From the NCBI GenBank assembly GCA_003971905.1, contig RSEE01000066.1, positions 248,001-312,000 on the forward strand: 64,000 nucleotides of DNA, read 5' to 3'. Position 1 is the stretch's first letter, and each line of letters opens with the position of its first letter. The stretch comes from Moniliella sp. 'wahieum'. Its lineage: Eukaryota. The notes below the pieces were generated by a model, which saw nothing but the letters and a program-made list of their open reading frames with translations, ran no database searches and was not told the origin of the DNA. Position numbers and translations under genes: made by a program. Of this stretch, positions 12,721 to 23,351 are shown one piece after another.

Positions 12721-13062
12721 TACCAGGGACGCACTCAAGAACCGTTTTTCCCCTGGTTTGACGACGCGAGGATACTACGGCACCAAGACGGCGGGCAAGT
12801 TGTTGCGCATTGGAAGGAGTTGGCTACTAAGTCTCAGTGGAAATGGTTCCTCGCTCGTATGTCAACCACGTTCCTCCGTGTCCACACGCGCTTCCTAGGG
12901 TACGGGACCGGATGGCGTGAGCCGGAGGGTCCTGAATCCTGGCGATCCCCTGGTTATATCTTGGTGTGGGCCTCCAAGTAACCCCCGCAAGATGAACGGT
13001 TCGGTTTAGACGTAGCGTTCCCCCTGTCCCAGCCTTAAGCTCTGTCAATGGAATGCACACAA
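12721..13062 (+). mobile_element. 5'-truncated copy of the CRE-like non-LTR retrotransposon
   Basis: Near-identical to 16273-16620; ends at the same ...GGAATGCACACAA terminus; flanked by TATA on both sides (possible TSD). Confidence 0.9.
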
Positions 13063-13072
13063 TATAGCTTTA

Positions 13073-13341
13073 CTAGAAGACCACCGGCCTACGGCCCGGT
13101 CAGCTGGGCTTCGCCCCAGCTTGGTGCTTTGTGTTTGTGCTTGCTCGCCACCTTAGCCACCGTTCCAACGTCCATATCTAGTTCCAACCCCGTCGCACCG
13201 TAGCCACCGTTCCACGCTGGAGGAATTTTATCACCCATGTGCATCCGCCTGGCTGCGTCGGCCTGGAACGTGCCGGGTGGCACGCTTACCACATAATCTT
13301 GTGCTGGCGCCAGAAAAAACGCCCCAATTTTATGTATGACA
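13073..13341 (-). mobile_element. Non-autonomous Helitron, subfamily A, with a retrotransposon inserted near its 5' end
   Basis: Reverse complement of ~10490-10761; CTAG 3' end at 13073-13076 preceded by A on the plus strand; after ...CAATTTTATGTATGACA the retroelement begins. Confidence 0.85.
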
Positions 13342-16300
13342 CGCCCGCCCCGCCCGCCGCCCCCCCACCCCCATCCCCACCACCCCGTCCCGTACCCACC
13401 ACCCCGTCCCCGTACCCACCACCCCCGCCCCCCCCGCCACCGACTCACCCCCAAGCGCGAGTATCATTGCTCCCTTTGCACGAACCCTGGCCACAACAGG
13501 GCCCGCTGCCCCCGCAACTCCGAAGCCAGGAACCCGGTGCCCGAAGTACCGGGTCAAGGCACGCCCCTCCTCCCCAACCCCCAACTCGCCACCCCCCGGC
13601 GCCGCAGCCCCGGCTGGGCTCCGAACAGCCAACCAATGGCTACGGCGCCGAGACCCCACGCCCCACTACCCACGCCCGCGCGCGCCCCCGCGCAGACAGC
13701 CCCCCCGCCGCCGCCACCCCGACCCTCAACCCCCCGCGCCCCCGCGCACACCGCCCCCCGCCGCCGCCGCGCCCCCACACCACCGCCACCAGACGACCGC
13801 GCAACCCCTCGACCGACACGGGGGCCGACCTCCTTCCCCGTTTGACCGCCCTGGCCGAGCGCCCAGGCACACGCAAGATACCGCCACACCTGAAGCGCCC
13901 TTTCCTTCAGATGCTCGGCCGTTTGGCGGACGCTTACTTGCAGGAGCCCTCGTCAGCACACCTGATGGATATTCTAGCGGTGCCTAAGGAAGTACTCCGC
14001 CACCACAACAAGGACAATAACCTCATCGGGACGTACCCCAACAGCGCCTGGCAACCCTCCGCCCCCCGACTTCTCAACGCGCGAGGCACTCGACCCAGTC
14101 ACAAGGCCGACCGCCTCATTCGGGAGGGCTGCCTCAGCCGCGCAGCAAGCCCTCGTCGGCCAATCCACCATTGCCCTCTCACCCCCGAGACCCAGGCAAG
14201 CCTGGAAAAGCTCCACCCCGTTGGAGAGGCGAACCCCTTCAGCCTCGGCCCGGGCACAGCCTTTGGCAACACACCACCCGCACTCGTCCCACCCACACAG
14301 GCCGCGTGGTACCGCCGGGCACCACCCTCACCGACACGACGGACAGTGGCCGTATCGTGGTGGACTTGGACGAAATCGACTTTGTTGCCTTGATTGCCAC
14401 GTTCAGAATCGACGTTGGGGCAGGTCTATCCGGGTGGACCCAGCCCCTCCTAAGAACGGCCCTTGAATGCAAGCGCTTCGTCGCCTTTCTCACCGCCCTC
14501 ACCAAGAGCATTTACCACGGCACTGCCCAGGACGCGAGCTCCTGTTGGCCTCCCGCCTTACCCCCTGGAGAAGGCATCGGGAGGCATCCGCCCCATCGCC
14601 TGCGGGGAGCTGATCTACCGCCTGTGCGCCAAGGCCATCGCTCGAGCGATCGCCCCAACAGCTGGCTTCTCCCCACCCAGTTGGGAGAGTAGCATCGCAA
14701 AACGGGGTGGAGCCTATCGTACGGATGGTCGAGCGCATGACAGCGCCAGGCGGGGAGAACGATGCGGAACTGGGCGACTTCAGCCACGTCGCCATGCTCG
14801 ACTTTACCAACGCCTTCAACACTGTGCGCCGTCGCACACTCGCCAAGGCGCTCCATGCCTACGCCCCCATCTCCTCACCTTGGGCCGATGGATCTATGGT
14901 TCCCCCACCCAGCTCTGGGTCGCGTCGGGCGGAAATGAGACCAACGTCCTGTCGGCAGAGGGCGTACGGCAGGGCGACCCCCTCGCCCCCTTTTTCTTCT
15001 CCATCGCAGTGCGGCCCACGCTGGAGAAACTGGAACAGGACCTGCCGCCGGGGCACCTGGTGATGGCATACCTGGACGACATTACGATTTTCGGTCCAGG
15101 GCCAGGCATTACCGGCCTAGCCGCGGAGCTTTTGGAAGACGACGCGTCAGGCCTCAAGCTCAACCTGCGTAAGTGTGTCGAGCGGGACCGGGACCAGATT
15201 CGGGAGGATGGTCTGCAGGTTCTGGGCACTTGTGTGGGAGGGGTAGACTGTCGTCGATCGTGGCTCCGGGCCCAACTGGCCAGTCTGAGGGAGAACATGC
15301 CTAAGTTGATGGCATCACCCGCCAGGGACGCCTCTTACTATGGCGGCTCAGCACTCAGACCAAGCTGCGCCACCTGCTCCGCACCATGCAGATGGAAGGA
15401 GAGCTAGACGACGTGCTGGCCGAGATTGATGCCTTCATCTGTACGGAGTTCAGACGGATCCGGGGCGACGAGAACCCCCAAGGTGCCAAGGACGACCACT
15501 TCGACATGCTCATGAGCCTCTCTTCGGCTGGGAGGATGTGGCAGCCCGCTTTACTCGTATATCGCGCCCCACGCCCGTGCCGCGGCCAACGAGGTCAACG
15601 ACTATCTCATTACCACTTATGTTGACCGTTCGGGACCGCAAACGGCAAGGGCCAACGCATTTACGAAGCAACGCCAGCGCTGCCGCGAGATGTGGGAGCA
15701 AAGTCGACAGGAGCTCCAGAAGCTGGACGCTGCCGATGGTCGCCATGTGGTTGAGCACAGCAACCCGCTGAGCCACAACTGGCTCTCCGCCATTCCATCC
15801 GTCCCGTACCTCAAGCTCTCTGACCAGCAGGTCCAGGTTGGTCTCCAGCTCCGCACGCTGTGCCGCACCACGCGCAGCATGTGCAAGTGCGGCATCATGT
15901 CCTCGCTGGAACATATCATGTCCTGCACCCGCACCCAGGCCAAGTTTGGTGCGTTGCATGAGGCAGTGCGGGAGCCCATTCTCCAGCTCCTCCGCTCCAT
16001 CCCCGACACCCACGTCCACAACGAACCTATGGTGGAGGAAGAGGATGGGACGAGGCGCGGACGGAAGGCACAGCGCACCGATTACCACGTGATGGGCCCG
16101 GAGCACTGGGAGGAACCGGAATGGGGTAGACCACACGCTGCGCGACACGGGATCGCAGGAGGCGCAGAGCGCGTACCGGCGGGTGGTGCATGAGAGCACT
16201 GCGTCGCCTTTGGAACGCCGGGAGAAGGAACTGCTTCGGCTTGAACAAGCAGAATGCGACAAGAACGCCAAGTACCAGGGACGCACTCAAGAACCGTTTT

Positions 16301-16620
16301 CCCCCTGGTTTTGACGACGCGAGGATACTACGGCACCAAGACGGCGGGCAAGTTGTTTCTGCATTGGAAGGAGTTGGCTACTAAGTCTCAGTGGAAATGG
16401 TTCCTCGCTCGTATGTCAACCACGTTCCTCCGTGTCCACACGCGCTTCCTAGGGTACGGGACCGGATGGCGTGAGCCGGAGGGTCCTGATATCCTGGCGA
16501 TCCCCCTGGTCCCTTAATCTTGGTGGCGCCTCCAAGTAACCCCCGCAAGATGAACGGTTCGGTTTAGACGTAGCGTTCCCCCTGTCCCAGCCTTAAGCTC
16601 TGTCAATGGAATGCACACAA
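13342..16620 (+). mobile_element. Near full-length CRE-clade-like non-LTR retrotransposon (single ORF: Zn knuckle - RT - CCHC - restriction-like endonuclease)
   Basis: CSLCTNPGHNRARC knuckle; RT motifs AGLSGWT, KASGGIRPIACGELIYRL, LDFTNAFNTV, GVRQGDPLAPFFF, AYLDDI; C-terminal CKCG..HIMSC, LHEAVR, RTDY, FPLVLTTRG; no LTRs, no APE domain seen; frameshifted. Confidence 0.9.
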
Positions 16621-16628
16621 CATAGAGA

Positions 16629-16754
16629 GCGATCCCCCTGGTCCCTTAATCTTGGTGGCGCTTCCAAGTAACCTCCGCAAGATGAACGGTTCGGTTTAGA
16701 GACGTAGCGTTCCCCCTGTCCCAGCCTTAAGCTCTGTCAATGGAATGCACACAA
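16629..16754 (+). mobile_element. Short 3'-end copy of the CRE-like element
   Basis: Matches 16497-16620; flanked on both sides by CATAGAGA (16621-16628, 16755-16762). Confidence 0.85.
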
Positions 16755-16799
16755 CATAGAGAGTGCCTATGACGTAAAAGATGCACGATATGACATAGA

Positions 16800-16921
16800 G
16801 ATCCCCCTGGTCCCTTAATCTTGGTGGCGCTTCCAAGTAACCTCCGCAAGATGAACGGTTCGGTTTAGACGTAGCGTTCCCCCTGTCCCAGCCTTAAGCT
16901 CTGTCAATGGAATGCACACAA
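16800..16921 (+). mobile_element. Second short 3'-end copy of the CRE-like element
   Basis: Matches ~16499-16620; flanked by CATAGAGA (16794-16801, 16922-16929). Confidence 0.85.
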
Positions 16922-16929
16922 CATAGAGA

Positions 16930-16983
16930 GTGCCTATGACGTAAAAGATGCACGGCGGATCAATTTTGCATATGACATAGAGA
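16930..16983 (-). mobile_element. Helitron 5'-terminal fragment (subfamily B-like)
   Basis: Minus strand reads A|TCTCTATGTCATATGCAAAATTGATCCGCCGTGCATCTTTTACGTCATAGGCAC; the last 30 nt are identical to 26449-26478; an internally deleted version lies at 16763-16801. Confidence 0.75.
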
Positions 16984-18242
16984 TTCCTCACTGTCTCGTA
17001 TGTGCGGTAGTCGCCGTGGCTGTTGTCGCGAGTCATGGGCCCGTGGTCCGTGCGTTTGGCTTAGGCTGTGGTCCCTTATACCTCCCCTATAGGCCGGGCT
17101 TCCGACGTTGTCTCACTTCCGTTTTCTATGCCCTGTGCATTCCTATCATACAAGCACCATGGGGCCCGTCCTAACGTGATGCATGATGGTTATGTTTCGC
17201 TCCATGCCGTTGACTGTGAGGCCTGCTGAGGCTCAGGTGTTTAATTGCTTTATTAATGTCACGCGTCACGCGCGTCACGGGCGAAGACGAGCTGGTAAGC
17301 CTTACCACCGTCACGCGTCACGCATCGCCGCATTGTCCCCGCAACCCCACAGCTACCACAACGCCCACCACCTACGCGAAGGCACCATGTCCTTCAGGAC
17401 AAAATGCTTATTAGCGGTTTCCACCGTTAGTATATACAGAGAGTAGCAATAACCCTTTTCCGGGCGTGCCCGAGCCCCCGCCCCCCCCGATATGAGAGGG
17501 CATCCACATTTGGGTGTCTTATTATGGTCGATGATCGATATACGAAACGATACATTTTGTTTTGCTCTCCTCTCGAATAAGTTCCGGGGATCCGCATGTG
17601 AGGTTCCCGACATTGCCCGGATTGTGTTCACGCGGCACATGTGTACAACGAGGTTGCTAAGAAACGCTGATGAAGGGGGCACTGAGGCCAAGGCTGATAC
17701 AAATAGGCGAGATGCGGGTATGCTCTCCGCTTCCCTATGTCCTCGGACATGTTTGTAACACCAGTCCATGTCGACACGTACGTCCACAGGGTTGCCGATA
17801 TATGTAGCCCCCTTTTCGGCGGGACATCCCGGAAGAACGATAAAAGGCAAACGGAGGCAGAGATCCTCACATCATTGAAGTCATCCTGTGGTGGAAGTCC
17901 TCGGGGTATTTTCCGGTATAAAGCACGGAAAAGCACGGTCCCGGTTGCCGCCGAGGTGAGGCTCATTAGATGCCGAGAGAGGTGGTTATAGAAAGATCGC
18001 TCCATTGCCAAAAGGAATTTATGAGTTGGGGTGGGGTTAGGAGATTAGACCGGTGTGTGCGCGGCGACTTTATTTTGGGGGCCTCCGCAGCAACGACCCT
18101 TCCTGGTGCATTGGACATTGCACTCGTCAGAAACTGTTAGAAACTGTCCCGGCCTGTACCGCGTCTAGACTCTGTAGGCAACCGGGCCGTCCCGGCGCTG
18201 CTTCGCTTCTCCGACGGCGCAAAGCACCATCCAGTGTCGAGT

Positions 18243-18340
18243 GCTGGCCTGCCCCTTACAGGCCCGCTGGCCTGCCCCTTACAGGCCCGCTGGCCCGCCC
18301 CTTACAGGCCCGCTGGCCTGCCCCTTACAGGCCCGCTGGC
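18243..18340. repeat. 23-bp minisatellite, 4 copies plus a partial copy (GCTGGCCTGCCCCTTACAGGCCC)
   Basis: Directly visible tandem array upstream of AOX. Confidence 0.95.
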
Positions 18341-18623
18341 GTCAGAGCAGCAAGACTGGCATAGTGCGATGCCGAATATTAATGACCGATGACTGGTGAC
18401 CAGGTGACCGGTGACTCTCCAACGTCCAACCATCATCGATCGATCGTCCAATGATATACTTCTTCTTTTGGACAAATCTCGCCGAGCCCTCTTGGTATAT
18501 AGACAGCCTAGCTCTTCCCGCCACTTCCCCCAACTCCCATCAAAACACCCAACCTACCCATTCGACGAGCTAGCCACACCGCAGACACACCAACCTGTGC
18601 CACTCATCGTTCAGTTTTTGGCT

Positions 18624-20226
18624 ATGATTCCCGCTATCCGCGCGCCCACGACGACGGCATGCCGACCCGGCTTGCTTCTGTCCGCAACGGGCAGAGGCGT
18701 TGCTTTGTCCATGTCTGCCTCTTCTCGTACAATGGCCTGCTCGCATGTGCGCCCCATGTACGGAATGTACCGCACTTTGACCAATTACACGCAAGAGGAA
18801 GTCAAGCGGAATCAAGCCGACGGTCAGTGGGGGAGCACCGTCGACACCCCGACCCTCTTCCGGCCTATCTACACGGGAAAGGACGTGCAGGCCGTTGAAG
18901 TCTCCCACTTCAAGCCTCAAAATTGGTCCGACAAATTGGCGTTTGGGATGATCCAGCTTGTTCGGTATGTTGTTGGGGGCTTTCTTCCTATACCCTTACT
19001 GCTCTCATACGCGATCCTGTGTAATATCTCTCTCCCTGTTGTGACAAGAAGCTAACACCACACGTTTCCCTCGCCCGTGCTTTTCAGCAAAACATTTGAT
19101 ATTGCCACCCGTTACCACCACCAATCCATGTACCCTACTGTCAAAGGGTTTGATCAGAGCAAAGAAGGTCCTTCCCCCGGTTTCAAAGTCTCGCTACCCA
19201 AGAAAGAGAGGATGGAAGGAGTGGATCCCAACAAGACCATGGACTTGGCCGAGATGCGCAAGAAGAAAATCAGCATGACTCCGCGTGCTTGGATGACGCG
19301 TATTGTGTTTCTCGAGACCGTGGCTGGTATCCCTGGTCTAGTGGCCGCAGCTTGCCGGCACCTTCAATCACTCCGTCTCATGCGCGGGACAAAGGTTGGA
19401 TTAACACTTTGCTCGAAGACAGCGAAAATGAGCGCATGCACCTCCTTGTTGCGATGCAGTACGTTGAACATGTGGGCCCGTTTATGCGCACCATGATCCT
19501 CGTTGCCCAGGGAGTTTTTTGGAACATGTTCTTCGCTGCCTATCTCGTTGCACCCACGGCTGCTCATCGTTTTGTTGGTGCTTTGGAGGAAGAGGCGGTT
19601 ATCACTTACAGTACGTTTTCCATTATTTTTTGTCCTCTGGCTTTGCAGAATGGTATACTAACCATCGGCATGCATTTCTTTTTCAGCGTCCATCATCGAG
19701 GACATTGAGGAAGGCCGTCTTCCCGAGTGGGAAACGCTTCCGGCGGTCAAACTTGCCAGAGAGTACTGGGGCCTTCCCGACTCGGCCACCATGCGGGATG
19801 TGATTTATGCCATCCGCGCCGATGAAGCCACCCACCGTTTTGTCAACCATACTCTGGGTTCTCTTGATCCCACCAAGGACTTTAACCCTTTTGCCAACCA
19901 CATGCCCTCACCCCAACTTCGGGGCAGCGTGGCCGGTTTGACCCGGGAGGAGGCGCTTTCTTGGGCGACACGTGCTCAAGCGGGCTCTCACAAAACAACC
20001 CACCTACGGCGGAAAAGCCCGATATCATGCACAAGTTGTTGCCGACCCTCCTTCGGCCGATGCCAATGCAGCTTTGGCCCAGAACAAGGGTGACATTGCC
20101 GCCGAAGAGGTCCAACGCCCTTCCTTCGCCCTACGGCTTCCAACCGGTGATTTTTGTATTCTGGCCTTTTGCTTCTACCCGGCCTGCCGTATTGTGGGCA
20201 TGAGTGATGGAATGACTTATGCGTAG
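18624..20226 (+). CDS. AOX: Mitochondrial alternative oxidase
   Basis: [58 protein letters not shown] di-iron motifs; introns ~18965-19088 and ~19611-19686; 3' end approximate. Confidence 0.96.
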
Positions 20227-21432
20227 TACTCTCAACTTCCTCGACAAACTCCTGGCAATAACATTCACTTCTCACTCAACTTGTTCCGCTAATAATGTTC
20301 GAAATCTTTATCACTCAGGACTCCAGGTTCAGGTATTGCCATTGTAGAACCTAGTAGTACAGCCTGCGCTAAGTTACAGCTCACATAGTATGCTGGATTG
20401 AGCAGGGTGTGCTATGCTATGTGTTGTGGCGCGATGGTAATCACGGGCTCGTTGAGCTGTCGATCTTTTGAGTGGGTCTCTCACATACCAATGTGTATTT
20501 GGCTATTGACATCTCGAAAAAGCCCCAAGAGTCTGGCTTTGGGATTGAAACACTCCAGTTGTGAGAATAATGAGAGAGATGAAGTCATACATTTCTGTAA
20601 CGGGCCTTGTCTCGGGTCCTTTTACGTATACAATATAATCCGGTTGTGCTTCCCTCCCCCCCAAACCGGATCGTTTTATTGTTGACGATGACATTGTGTG
20701 GTCGGAAAGGAGTACCACACTTAGTAGTTGTGTGGGGTCCGTTTTCGTTATAGTATTTTGCATAGATCCCCATATTCTGCTGTTAATCTGATCGTTGGCG
20801 CCCCAGAGAACTCTCCACTTGCCCCGTCACTTGTTCTCTTCTCCGAAAACAGGAGAGCAAAGCAGAGAGGCACACGGTAGAGCGACAGACTATTATCTGG
20901 ACTCGCTGGACTTGGTGCGATTGAAGCGCGGGAAAACGGTATATGGCTGAGCGATTATCGATCACGACACGGGCGTGCAGATTTGAACGCATTTCTAATC
21001 ATATGGTGACCTGCTTCTGCGGAGGAAAGAAGCGTGTCGTGTTGCGTTTTCCCTGAGGACTCTGTCCTGGTGCTGTGCCCCATGTGTTTCAGTATTGCAC
21101 TTTAATTTAGAACGCTGCCATCCTTGTCGCGCACTACGTGATGCCCTACCGTGAAGCATCATGATGTGCAACGCCAATGTGTGTGTAACAAATACGGACG
21201 TTAGGGAATGTATTATGACGGGCGTGACCCACTAAGGCACCAGAAAGAGCGTTGAGAATGGGCAATTAAAGACGTGAGGCGTCAGGCGTCAGGCAAGTGA
21301 GATTCATTGCCTCGGGGACGAAGAACTCCGAAGCGTGCAAAGCTGGATCTGGCACCATGCAGGAGGTGCAACAAATGAAAAGTAGCCGGTGGCGAGAATA
21401 TTACGGATGGACGGGAGACAGCGAGTGATTCT

Positions 21433-22750
21433 TGTCAAAAGGAAGGATCAGTTGCCCCCACAAAGGAAAGGCGGCTAAATCGTGCAGAACCATCCTGGCG
21501 TATACCGCAGCACTAGACGCACCAAAGTCTTTTTTTTCAGGAGTGCGGCTCACATTCAAGCAGACTCCTCGCTTACCTCGGCCTTGGGCTCCTCCACCTC
21601 CCCTGTCGGCTCCTCAAGGGCAGACTTCTGCTCCTTGGATGTCTCCTCAACAGGATCCGCGGTCGTGGCAGCAATCTCCTCGACAGGCTCCTCGGCCTTG
21701 GGAGCAATCTCCTAACAGGCTCCTCAGCCTTGGGAGCAGTCTCTTCCACGGGGGCTGGAGTAGACGCAGGAAGGTCCTCCTTGGGCGTCTCCGTCTCTTC
21801 AGCTGGTTTGGCAGCCTCCTCGACCTTGGGGGTCTCGACAGAAGCCGCAGTCTCATTGGGCTTGTCGCTGCCAAAACCAAAGTGAATCGGCGCGGTGGAC
21901 GCAACCGGCTCAGCAGCCGCACCAAAGCCCTTGCCAAGGGTAGCCTCCTCCTCCGGCTTATCCGACGTGGCGGAAACTACATCCCACTCGTTTGTGGAAC
22001 CGGAGACAGACTCAGGCTTGGCTGCCTCCTTGGCCTCCTCTCCCTTTTTCTTCTCTTCGTCCTTGGACTCATCTTTGGACTCATCTTTGGACTCTTCTTT
22101 GGACTTCCTTCTTGGATGCGTCGTCCTTAGAGGCATTGGGGGCCTCATCATCAACCTCATCGACACGGTTGGACGCGCTGGCCGAGAGGAGGGAGCGTCA
22201 CCCTTAGCCAAAATCACGTCTTTCTCGACCATCTTCATAATGATCGTGTTCACCTCGGGTGGCACAGTCTCTGGAGGATAATGAGTAGCTCAAAAGGCTG
22301 CGGGTACACCTTGTAAGCACGGAAGAAGGCAGTGGCCGAGTCGAGGTGGAAGTCCAGGCCGCGGTTGAAGAGGAGTTCACCAACGGTGATTTGCTCCATA
22401 AAGTAGGCCTCGCGCGGCGGCAGGGTCTTTGGGAATGGTGCCGTCAGCAAGGGCGGCACGCGTGCTAGCAACAGCAGCAGCAATGGCAGTTTCGGTGGCC
22501 TTCTTGGACTCCTCGTCCTTCTTGGCCTCGGCCTTCTTTTGACGCTTGTACTGCTTGCCCAGGGAGCGGCGGAAGGTGGCATCATGGCGGCGGCGGTAGT
22601 CAAAGTAGCTGGAGAAGGCAATGTGTCAGCACCAATGAATGGAACAGCAGTGTGTGGCGGCCAGGCGCAGAGAAAAACATACGCAGCGTGGCCGACGACA
22701 GCGCCGGCGAGCGTCAGGCCAGTGACGGCGGCAGCAGTTGATGCTTTCAT
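21433..22750 (-). CDS. TOM20: Mitochondrial import receptor Tom20 with a long acidic C-terminal extension
   Basis: N-terminal TM anchor then YFDYRRRHDATFRR, EAYFMEQITVGELL, AFFRAYKVYPQPFELL; intron after the first exon; C-terminal end approximate. Confidence 0.85.
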
Positions 22751-23351
22751 GGAGGCGGAGGTGGGGTGGTGGTGGTGGAGGGGGAGGCTGTGGGCTAGGT
22801 GACTAGCGGCTACTGACTAGCGACTGGCGACTGGTCACGGTGACCGGTGACTGACTGTCATTCTGGCCACTCGCAGCAGCAGGGCAGCAGCAGCAGAGAA
22901 CAAATCTGGCTGCAGCAGGCTTCGCGGCTGCTAGGGTTGAGTCCCCACACTGCACCCCTGCCGTGGTGGAGACGCGAGCGACTGAGCAAGCGCCACAGGA
23001 CAGCGTGCTCGAGTCCGCTCCGCAGAGCGTAGCCAAGGGTGACGTCCATGGTGTGGGCGCGTGATATTGGATAGCTCCATGATGCATGATGCATGATGCA
23101 TGATGTATGGTGGGCGAGCGCACATCACGCGCATCACGTGATCTGGCATCTCGGCCGTGGGGTGGCGGCAGTAGACAGTAGGTGGCCTGTTCTCTTCTCC
23201 TCTCTTCTCTCCCGGCCGGCTGGATCGGGTGAATCCCACGACCGCCTCCGACGCCAAGCTTCCAGCGAAGCTTCCCGCGTGGCTCGCCCCGTCCCGCCCC
23301 CGCTCCCGCTCGCCCCCTCGCGGTCAGCGGCGCTGGCCACCACTGCGTGCC

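Noticed and set aside
16497..16983. CRISPR-like repeat-spacer array
   Set aside because: Eukaryotic locus; the repeats are ~125-bp retroelement 3' ends and the 'spacers' are mutually related Helitron fragments; no cas genes.
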